The notes below the pieces were generated by a model. That model had not been told where the DNA came from and made no database searches. It worked only from the letters and a program-made list of their open reading frames with translations. Both the position numbers and the translations under genes were made by a program. A stretch of 63,860 bases of DNA, filler included, from Lenisia limosa (taxonomy: Eukaryota; Protista; Breviatea): NCBI GenBank assembly GCA_001655205.1. It is 14 parts of 14 records of this genome, joined end to end, with 100 filler letters (N's around TTAATTAATTAA, not from the genome) between each part and the next. Parts side by side here need not be neighbours in the genome. Positions count along the whole stretch, not along the records: positions 1 to 2,738 come from LPNZ01004733.1; positions 2,839 to 4,230 come from LPNZ01006198.1; positions 4,331 to 9,049 come from LPNZ01003367.1; positions 9,150 to 12,638 come from LPNZ01000056.1; 10 more parts are not named here. One strand, 5' to 3'. Within the stretch, counting starts at the first letter, position 1. Each line of letters begins with the position of its first letter. This document shows positions 1-9,446 of this stretch, one piece after another.

Positions 1-46
1 TGTTTTTTTATTCGAAAACATAAGAGAGAAACAAAATCCTGAGGAG

Positions 47-142
47 TAGGGCTTCTATATGGTCCCAAAAAGACGAATTACCCGAAAATCCTCAATAATT
101 AAGATGTTTTACCGGTCTTTTTCGGACCAAAGGGAAGTCCTA
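47..142. mobile_element. Diverged copy of the TAGGGCTTC hAT-type MITE family
   Basis: Ends tagggcttc...gaagtccta; internal similarity to better copies; no intact TSD. Confidence 0.6.
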
Positions 143-146
143 ATTA

Positions 147-260
147 TGCTGATAATGATGATGATGATAATCTTGATGATAATGATGATGATAATAATGA
201 TGATGGTGGATGATGGTAGTGATGATGATGATGACGATGTGTGGTAATGATGATGATGCT
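147..260. repeat. Imperfect (GAT/GAT-AAT)n microsatellite
   Basis: Direct reading of the trinucleotide run; it explains the Met/Ile/Asp-rich ORF 59..247. Confidence 0.9.
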
Positions 261-843
261 CAAATTGCAGAGACATGGAGTTCTCACGAACACTCTGTCC
301 TAGAAAAAAAAGTGGAAGTGAGAAATAGCTTAAAAGTAGGACTCAGTGTAATTCCGTGTTTTGAAGAAATTAATTGAAAATAAAGTGTCTGAAATGGAGT
401 TCTCGTAAAATAATGTCCCACTTCAAATTTTTAAATTATTCTCAACTGACTGCAGGGATTCAGGAGGATCAATTTACCCCAGATTGTAAGGGGTTTTGAT
501 TGGTGTTAAGTATCAATTGGCCCATTCATTTTGCTACACATTGTGCAAGATCATGATGTGATTATTTAGATGTGGAACAAAAGAGTACTTAAAAAGGCAA
601 TAAACCAAAACTAAATGCAAACAATACTGTAAATTGGATACCAGCAAGGTTTAGAATGAATTATAATGTTACCTTAGTCTATACAATAATCGTATTCCAA
701 TATCTGCAATAAGCGTGATGGTGTGGAAAGCTTTGACCAGATAAAATCTTGTTATATTTATCATTTCATCCATAAGCAATAACAGGAATTTGGGGGTCGT
801 AAAAGCTGAACCTAAACTTCAGCTCAAAAAAGCAACAAAAAGC

Positions 844-1715
844 TCACGGAGGTGGGGGGTTTTCAGAGCTTTGGAAGGCCGCGGAATCATCTTCGTGGAA
901 TGCGAGAACTGCTGGGGGTTGCTCAGCATGATCGGGAAAGGAAAGACCAGTTGCTTGCGGATGTGGAGAGGGGAGGAGTTGGGGTGTACTTTCAAACTCA
1001 ACGACAACTTCGTCATCTTCTGCCACTGTTAAGGGGGCAGGGAGGGTCCCTTCCATATCCAACAGGGCACTAGCTAGGTCTCCGATTTCCTTCCTGTTTC
1101 TTCTCTTTGCAACAAATCTTCTTCTTCTTTCCTTCTTTCTCTTGTTAAATTGTGTGGTTGTTTAAATAATTAAATAATTGGTGCTTGGAACAAAGGAGAA
1201 AACATGTAACTGTTGCAATTAATGCAAATGAAGCTGCCAATCCAGCCTTACGTTTTTTGAGGATTTGTTGAGATCGGAATGTAGAAGGTTCTGATTCCTC
1301 ACCACAGCACATTGACGGGATTGTTCTGAAATAGCTGGGATTCTTAATATTTACATGGCAATTTTGAACGGCGGATGAATAGGAATATCATATGTAATAT
1401 AGTATTATAGTAGAGGGAATTCAAATATTAGAGTGAATGTATTATATCATACAATGTATCATTTAAGATATGATGATCATACTATATTTTACATGGTACC
1501 CTTCCCCCGATTTTAATATGGTATGATGTATTACTTGCTCTCCAGAATCATGCATATGATAGTACATTAATTGACTTCGAATTAAGTGAATCGGCAATAA
1601 CCATGGACTGGAAATATAAAATTGAACGGTTTTATGGTTATCCCAAATCACAACATTTAACTGTGGGTTCGGTTCTCTGAGGTTAATCCGAGCCAGTTTC
1701 TGGGTTGGCGGCACC
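844..1715 (-). CDS. Hypothetical multi-exon gene, 3' part (terminal exon about 844-1140)
   Basis: Acceptor ttaacaag then open frame KEERRRRFVAKRRNRKEIGDLASALLDMEGTLPAP...PPPP*; upstream candidate exons near 1200-1330 and 1600-1715. No recognisable domain. Confidence 0.35.
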
Positions 1716-2123
1716 CTGTTTCAATGATTCACCGATGATGTGAGGGAGTAAAATTATACAATTTATGACAACGCACGAGGGTTGATAACAAAACAAAGCC
1801 CAGNNNNNNNNNNNNNNNNNNNNNNNNNNNNNNNNNNNNNNNNNNNNNNNNNNNNNNNNNNNNNNNNNNNNNNNNNNNNNNNNNNNNNNNNTATATCATC
1901 GTATGATAAATGAAAAAAATATGGTCGAAGAACCCAGTTGATGGACGACAAAAGGATCCATTACACGAAATCACCTAAAACACAAGCCAAGAAAGCCCTT
2001 CCGACATAGACTAAGGAATACACTAAAAATACACATCACACTACGTTATTCATGACCTTGCCTCTTTTGGTCTGGCCGGACACGGTTGCCACTGAGGGGT
2101 GAGCGGATTGTAATGCAGACTTG

Positions 2124-2223
2124 TAGGGCTTCACTTCGGTTCGAAAAATACCGGTAAATTATCGACAGTTTTTGAGGATTTATCGACAAATTCAGTCTTT
2201 TTTTGAACCGAAGTGAAGCCCTA
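2124..2223. mobile_element. hAT-type MITE (100 bp)
   Basis: TIRs tagggcttcacttcggttc / gaaccgaagtgaagcccta; TSD not preserved here. Confidence 0.85.
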
Positions 2224-2738
2224 ATCGTACAGAATTGAACACAGTTTCAGATTTCACGAAAGAGAATTAGAAAATGAGAATAACAATAATGATGTATGTT
2301 ATGGACAAAAAACAAAGATCTACTAGATGTTATATAAAGGATGAGACTCTTTTGTGTAGCAGAGCCAAGTGGCGGGGGGGGGGGNNNNNNNNNNNNNNNN
2401 NNNNNNNNNNNNNNNNNNNNNNNNNNNNNNNNNNNNNNNNNNNNNNNNNNNNNNNNNNNNNNNNNNNNNNNNNNNNNNNNNNNNNNNNNNNNNNNNNNNN
2501 NNNNNNNNNNNNNNNNNNNNNNNNNNNNNNNNNNNNNNAAATAAATATAATAGTAATACCTCCATACATAGCACATTATTCTCCCCAGACACTGCTCCTT
2601 TCAAACTTATCATATGATATAATCGTATCCCCCATACACTGCTCCTTGAGCCCTCGGCCGAAGTTGTTCCAGGCCTTGAAGAAGAAGTACATAACGAAGA
2701 AGTGGAGGATAATGCCGAAAACACCTGGGGGGGGGGGG

Positions 2739-2838
2739 NNNNNNNNNNNNNNNNNNNNNNNNNNNNNNNNNNNNNNNNNNNNTTAATTAATTAANNNNNN
2801 NNNNNNNNNNNNNNNNNNNNNNNNNNNNNNNNNNNNNN
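2739..2838. other. Artificial scaffold-joining spacer N44-TTAATTAATTAA-N44 (representative of 13: also 4231, 9050, 12639, 18820, 22855, 26822, 31110, 34872, 36217, 54151, 57384, 60464)
   Basis: Identical 100-nt layout each time; TTAATTAATTAA gives stops in all six frames. Sequences either side are not biologically adjacent. Confidence 0.97.
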
Positions 2839-3300
2839 CGAGTGGCCAACTATGAACGAGGTCCTAAGGACAACCGCTCTGTACACTTCCCCCGAGGTTT
2901 GCTGTGATGTCAAATTGAAAACATATCAATAATACTCTGTTCTTCACCATCTCAGGACACCTCTCGATACCAGTACAAGCACAACCAGTTCCACCACTAC
3001 CACCGCTACATTGGCGGCCCGGAATTTGAAACCCTCAGCACCCTACCCGAGTACGAACCGGACGCATTCGTCGAATATGGCAGTGATGGTGATGGTGGTT
3101 ATGAGGTTCGATCAGATGGAGGCGTCCCTGACAATTTTGAGCCTCTTCGGAGGCGGTTTTCGCTGTAAGAAAGGTTTCGATATTTATTTATTTATTTATT
3201 TCTGTTTTGGAGGGTTTTCTCCGATGTTTTTGTCAATATATGCCTGCTGGTGATAACGCTCGGTCTTCTTATGTTGACGAGAGAGCCCCGATTTCCAGGG
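2839..3300 (+). CDS. Hypothetical protein, internal exons
   Basis: GT-AG bounded exons EWPTMNEVLRTTALYTSPE and DTSRYQYKHNQFHHYHRYIGGPEFETLSTLPEYEPDAFVEYGSDG...FSL. Confidence 0.5.
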
Positions 3301-3739
3301 GTTGGGGTTGGAAAGCCATCCCAAGATTTCAGAAACGAATATATATTTATCACAACATAGGAACACCACGAAATAGAGAAATCAGCAAAGAGACAAAATT
3401 GAGAATAGAACGAGGAGGGCTTAGAACTCTCTTCTTACCCTGCCATAAGGCCTTCCGAATATGNNNNNNNNNNNNNNNNNNNNNNNNNNNNNNNNNNNNN
3501 NNNNNNNNNNNNNNNNNNNNNNNNNNNNNNNNNNNNNNNNNNNNNNNNNNNNNNNNNNNNNNNNNNNNNNNNNNNNNNNNNNNNNNNNNNNNNNNNNNNN
3601 NNNNNNNNNNNNNNNNNNNNGGGTATTGGAGAAAACACTATCAAGGATAACGAACAAAGTAGTATATCATATAATATAGCATTCAAACATTATTCTCTAT
3701 TGAAACAAGACTCCAGACGTTGCTATAAACCGTTCTCTA

Positions 3740-4060
3740 CCACAACTAACAACTGATACCCCTCCAACAAATGAAAACAGCAGCGAGAAGGCCGCTTGCA
3801 ACGCTGATGCACCATCTGCGTGTTAGAAGGATAGCCACACTGGAATCCCCTCCATATTACTGTAAAACTGACAAACATCACAAAAGACTCCCCTCCCCCT
3901 CCATCATACTTTTCTGCCATGCTGATGGTGAAGTCTAGGGAGAAAAACAACGCAAAGACAGTCGCTGCAATGGAGACACCAAGCAGCAGGGCGGTTAACA
4001 GGACCGAAACGAAGGATGGTGTGGTCTGACGGGTTACCAGGGCATTTACAAAGCAGTTAA
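3740..4060 (-). CDS. Hypothetical membrane protein, internal exons
   Basis: Hydrophobic exons ...SFVSVLLTALLLGVSIAATVFALFFSLDFTISMAEK and WCISVASGLLAAVFICWR, joined in phase across a GT intron ending ctaacacgcag. Confidence 0.5.
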
Positions 4061-4330
4061 AAAGCTGATAGTAATGAAGATTTCGATTTGCAGCCCCGTT
4101 TCTCCTAGATGGTATCATACTATATTGACCAGCATAAATTCCATGCATGCTAAAAATATATCATATGTCATACTATTGCATGGCACCTAACATAATCTGT
4201 ACTAGAGTGCATAAGTATCCCCCCCCCCCCNNNNNNNNNNNNNNNNNNNNNNNNNNNNNNNNNNNNNNNNNNNNTTAATTAATTAANNNNNNNNNNNNNN
4301 NNNNNNNNNNNNNNNNNNNNNNNNNNNNNN

Positions 4331-4449
4331 TGTTGTTATCCTTGTGTGTTGTCACAACGGAGTTGATTTGGGCTTTTTTTGTTTCATAAATTTTAGTACC
4401 TTTACGCCAATATTCTTCATTGAAATTTCCTTCGTTTTACTCCCCCCAG
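4331..4449 (+). repeat. Intron 3'-end module (chimeric family A/B) supplying the acceptor AG
   Basis: tgtgttgtcacaacggagttgatttgggcttttttgtttcataa...agtacctttacgccaatattcttcattgaaatttccttcgttttactccccccag abuts the S45 exon. Confidence 0.85.
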
Positions 4450-5133
4450 ATACACGGCCGACCATGTCGAAGTCGACCGCAGTGTTGAGGGTCTGATCTT
4501 TGGAGGCATGGGCGCTACCACCACGGATGAACTTATGGACAACGTGGGGGGGGGGGTTAATTTTGACGTCTTAAAACCAAATTTCTCTCCATTGTGGTTA
4601 GGGCTTCACTTGGGTTCGGAAAAGACCAGTAAAATAGCGATTTATCGAGAAATTAGTCTCTTTTTGAGGATTTGTCGAGAAATCAGTCTGTTTTTGAAAC
4701 GAAGTGAAGCCCTAATTGTGGTGTTTTTTTGGGTACCAAAAGCAAACCAAGAGGCTCTGTGTCTAAAATGGAATGTATTGTCTTGCACAATAGACCAACT
4801 AACCCCTGCAGCTGAACACTGTGGAATCGCCCACTATGAACATTATTATGGCAGACGCAGAGGGAAACATCGGATTCAAGAGTAGGGACCCTGCTCTATT
4901 TGAGTTTTGTTTTTGTTTAAACTTTTTGTTGGATGTGGATCAAGTTTGTTAAATGATGATTCTGGGGAATTAATCGTTAAGTACTTTTTTTATTATTTCT
5001 AATTCTGACTTCTTTTTTGGGTTCTTGTTGATCCGAGACTAACCATATACAGCAACTGGAGCTCATCCCATCCGTCCAAAGAAGACCAGTGGTGCTATCC
5101 CCCTCCCGGGCACTGGTGAATATGACTGGCAAG
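4450..5133 (+). CDS. Penicillin acylase / acyl-homoserine-lactone acylase family (peptidase S45, Ntn hydrolase), three internal exons of the beta subunit
   Basis: Exons 4450-4543, 4812-4881, 5053-5133 splice in phase to ...GMGATTTDELMDNLNTVESPTMNIIMADAEGNIGFKTTGAHPIRPKKTSGAIPLPGTGEYDWQG, matching the S45 motifs N-x-x-x-AD-x-x-GNIG and P-x-PG-x-x-x-Y-D/E-W-x-G. Confidence 0.8.
4599..4714. mobile_element. hAT-type MITE with perfect 8-bp TSD
   Basis: ATTGTGGT at 4591-4598 and 4715-4722; TIRs TAGGGCTTCAC / GTGAAGCCCTA. Confidence 0.92.
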
Positions 5134-5466
5134 GTGAGGAACTCAAATCAGTATACTCTCGATAATATCTCAATTTGACCCCCCTCCCCCCAAGATACTT
5201 ATATAGTAATATACAAATATATATAATATATACTAGTTGGTAATTTGCTTGGTTGTCTTTGTACAGGCTATTCTGGCGGTATTATAAGCAATAAAATATT
5301 GCTCATAAGTCGGTCCATTTTTGTTGATTTTTGGGCGAATCTGATGTAAAATGGGTCCCTCTACATGATGAGGGGGCGTACCAGGTGGATAGTCGCAATT
5401 TCCGCGAAAGTTTTCGAGATTTCGGAAAAAACTTGCATCGAGAATGAAATAGGGGGTTTGGCTTTC

Positions 5467-5516
5467 GGCTACGGTCATACTCTGGGGGTCATCGCGCATC
5501 CCGTCCGCTCTGCGAA
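5467..5516 (+). rRNA. 5S rRNA, 5' part, truncated by an assembly gap
   Basis: Identical to the first 50 nt of the full copy at 6047. Confidence 0.88.
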
Positions 5517-6046
5517 NNNNNNNNNNGAGCCACAAGGGGGGGGGGGGACTAATAAGCACCATTGGGTAAAAGGAAACACATAAATCAGAATCCGAAAGAA
5601 CATGGCAAGTGCAAACAAAGACGAAATCTCACAATGTGGTGGGTGCATGTGCAAGTAGCCAACTCGCTGCTTGCCCTTTGACAGGCTCTCTTCAGAGGAG
5701 AGGTGGTTTAGTTCCCGAGTATGAAGAGTAGTTCTCCGGGAGCACCGAGGAGGGGGGGAGGTGCTAATAAGCACCATTGCGCAAAAGGAAGCACATAAAT
5801 GTGAATCCGAAAAGGAACATGGAGTGCTGACAAAGACGAAAACGTACACGCTTGGCCAGTGCCTTGGAGTCGAGGAGGGATCTCATGTCCTCTTTGAGGC
5901 AAGGGCAGATTCCTGCTGCCAGGCCTCCTGTGTGACTGAAAAGGGGGGCTTTATTCCTGGACGAGGGTCTGGTGGTGGCAGGAATTTTGAAAAATGCTAT
6001 TTCGAAAAAAACTTGCATCGGAAACGAAATAGGGGTTGTAGCTTTC

Positions 6047-6165
6047 GGCTACGGTCATACTCTGGGGGTCATCGCGCATCCCGTCCGCTCTGCGAACGCA
6101 AGCCCCAGCAGGCCTTGGTAGTACTGACGTCGGAGACGAGTCGGGAAGGCAGGGTACTGTAGTTT
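6047..6165 (+). rRNA. 5S rRNA gene
   Basis: GGCTACGGTCATAC...GGTAGTACTG...GGGAAGGCAGGGTACTGTAGTTT, about 119 nt; the terminal helix pairs; canonical 5S layout followed by an oligo-T Pol III terminator. Confidence 0.93.
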
Positions 6166-6246
6166 TTTTTTCTTTTTCTTTTTCTTTTTTTCTTTTTTTC
6201 TTTTGTTCTTTTGTTCTTTTGTTCTTTTGTTCTTTTGTTCTTTTTG
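6163..6246 (+). terminator. Pol III oligo-T terminator followed by a (TTTTGTTC)n tract
   Basis: T8 immediately after the 5S gene, then T-rich simple repeats. Confidence 0.75.
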
Positions 6247-7501
6247 TCGCCGCTATGCAGAAGGAAGGTTATTTGCTCCACTAAATTATTTCTAAGAGTT
6301 AAAAATGCGCAATGAAGTTCTTGACTTTTGAAGAAATTGTTTTTGCAGCAAAACTCTTCGATTTAAACACCACCGATCTATTGGTAAATACGCTTACCAT
6401 AGATACACGAAAAAAAACCCGCCCTCTTTTTGGTCATGCAATCCAGTGTTCAAGAGGATTCAAGTCTGATATCATGTATATATACGTAGTTTTATATCAT
6501 ATATAATTATATGTAGCTATATAGTATATATATATATCGATATATTATTTGACAGGAGTTGTATAAACTTGAACTCCTGAATTTCCTGAGATCGTTCGGA
6601 CTTGCTGGAAAATACTGCGGAATTTGGTGATGGCAGATGACGAAAATGTATGGGCCTTTGGCAGACAGCTTGTGACCCTTCCAAAAACTGAAATATTAAG
6701 ATTTTAAAACCAAAATGAACTTCTTACGTGTTGGTGGTCCTCAGCAACGTTAATGATGTGACAAAAGCTATCCTTTCTTCAACTACAGATTAGTTTAAAT
6801 TGGTTTTTGTATCTTACCTAAGATTGACTTCAGTTATTATCTTTATGTTGTGAATTCTTTGGTAAGGCTCATTTGGTTGAATCGGTACCTCGGTTCCAAA
6901 GGCCAAATTGTCAGGAAAACACTCACACTGTGGTGACAGTTCCATCTTTCGCCAATGCCAATAGCCTATGGCCAGACTGAGCAAAAGATCTAAATTTGTC
7001 AACTGCATGTTGCTGTGTAATAACGGCTGAAATGTTTTTCTCCTAAAATTTGGTAAGAAATAATGCAATCAGGACCATCTTTTGAAGCTCTGTGAGCCTG
7101 CAATGTAAAAAAAACTGAATAGTTTCACTGGTTTAAGTAAATATTTTGGCTGGTGGATAGATACATATCATAAACAGCAGTTTAATTTAGATAAATCAAT
7201 ACGTGCGGAACCAAACAGTCATTCAAAAAGGTGTATGATGCTGCCATTAAATTGACAACTCGTTTTCCTTGAAATCCATCTATCACTTCTTCACTACAGC
7301 GGCCTTTATCTTACCTACTAATTAATCAAGCAGGACGTTATTTGCAACTTATGCTTTTTGTTATCGATTATCATTTCATTTATAGTAATAAACTCATATC
7401 ACACCGTTTTTTTGTTTCATAACTTTTCCGATTTTACTCCCCCAGCAGAGTTGAATCTGGGCTTTTTTATCAATGTTCCAGTTTTACCCCCAACTCCCCA
7501 G

Positions 7502-7611
7502 GAAGCATGATCCGTCAACATGAGAAAAAGGTCCTTGCAGACGTGCCCGAAATTGCCCAGTGGATCAACTGTCGCCCCTTGAAATATGACCTCACCTGCC
7601 CTTGCGGCTAG
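7502..7611 (+). CDS. Terminal exon of an unidentified gene
   Basis: After two stacked intron 3' modules (AG at 7445 and 7501): SMIRQHEKKVLADVPEIAQWINCRPLKYDLTCPCG*. Upstream exons (perhaps from about 6312) were not resolved. Confidence 0.45.
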
Positions 7612-9446
7612 GAACCCCCGGGTGCCTCACATTAATTAATTTATTTATTTAATTCGCATTTAATCTGATCTTCAGAAGCAATGAGTTTAAAATTGTACAG
7701 ATATTCAATGTCCAAAATCATGTATTTATGTCGTTAATATGAATTAATGCATATTTATTATGTATTATACAATATAATATCATATATCGATGAGAAATAA
7801 AAAAAAAAATAAGGTTGTATCTGGCCTCAGTCGTCCAGTATTTTGGGAACTGGCTGGTGTAGGGAATATTGCTGAAACGACATGATATTGAACGAAAAAA
7901 TCTAAGTTCCTTTTTATATTTTGAAGCATGCGGTTAACAGTGTCTAATTTCTGAAATCTTTGCTCTTTGTACTCTCGGTGTTTAATCCAAAATGTAAACT
8001 GTATCGAGAATGTGTCACAATCTACCATGTGGGACAATTGGTATGAATACTACTCAAACAATTTAGAAACAATTCTCCAAACAAATCTGTTATCTGGTAA
8101 ATAGTTTAAAAAGAGATCTTTGACAAATGGAGAGTGTTGTGAAATCCATCTCAACCTTGTTATGCGGAGAAAGTAGAATATGCATTAAAAATTCTTGATG
8201 TGAGTGATCCCAATTGTCATGAAGTTTCCAGATTGGTACAATTATTGCAAACACCAACAGTGATGTTCTGAATTGTACTGACAAAGGAAGAAAAAACAAC
8301 GTTCACGTCAAATTGAAGAGTTCTGCTTCTCTGGTGACGTTGGTGACTCTGAATGAGAAAGATTTGATGATGACGTAAAAAGTTATGAGTCAAATATAGT
8401 TTCACTGAAAAGCACTTGTTACTATCCAATTAACATAACAACTCAATTTGAAGTGCAATTCTAAAATCGTTGTCGTGTGTAAAGTATGGTAAAAAAAAAT
8501 GGCAAATAATCATCATTCAAAGGAACAAAATATAACTTCTAAATGATAAGCTCAAAATCTTGTGGCGTTGAATTTTTATCAGCAATATTCCAAATCGTGG
8601 AAATAGTGGTTATTTTCTGGTTTTTTTTTCTCGGAAAATCTAACATCACAAATAGTTGATTTCCTTTCGTTTTACTTAGATTATGGCTAAATTAAACAGC
8701 TTTATGTCGCAAAAAACAAAACTGGATCATTGAAATTTGAACAAACCTGTAAATTTTTTTCGAATAACCTGGTGTTGTCCATCACGAAAACATAACAATG
8801 CACTTGGCAACCTGTCATCGGCTGTATTCTAATGTTTTAAATGACAGAACTATGCAAAGACAATACCACAGAAATAGAAATATCTCACAGTATGACTGTT
8901 TAAGGCACTATGCGTTGGTTTTAGCTGGAAAGTGGACATAATGCACAGGTGGACTCCCCGGATCACAACTCGGATGTGGTCAACTCACAAGCGGCTAAGT
9001 GGGCTTTAGGTCATATCAATAGAGAGTTTACCGCTAAACCCAAGAAAACNNNNNNNNNNNNNNNNNNNNNNNNNNNNNNNNNNNNNNNNNNNNTTAATTA
9101 ATTAANNNNNNNNNNNNNNNNNNNNNNNNNNNNNNNNNNNNNNNNNNNNCACACACATACACACAATATTAGGCTCATCTAAAAAGGGGTGGCGGCGTCT
9201 GCAGTTACAAAAGAATAAGTGATACAACAAGTGGTACTGTTAAGAACAAAATTTAAAAAATAAAAGGTACCTTTTTACAACTATGGACGTTTTTTAAAAG
9301 AACCGCCCCATTTATAGACAATCCCGGTATTCCCCTTATATTTTTGGAAACGGTAAACACTACGTAGTTGGGATTTTTTCACTTTCCTAGTAGTTGTCCT
9401 GGGAAAAGTAATTTCCTGTGAGAAGTTTTGTTCCTCATGTTTTTAG

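Noticed and set aside
59-247. Short ORFs in the supplied track (this one and most others, especially X-rich ones)
   Set aside because: They arise from microsatellites, N gaps, MITEs or antisense frames of real exons.
2783-2794. Recurrent palindrome TTAATTAATTAA as a biological motif or recombination site
   Set aside because: Always centred in exactly 44+44 Ns; an artificial six-frame-stop linker. Gene neighbourhoods across it are meaningless.
4450-4543. Kelch repeat suggested by LIFGG
   Set aside because: The in-phase downstream exons give S45 acylase motifs instead.
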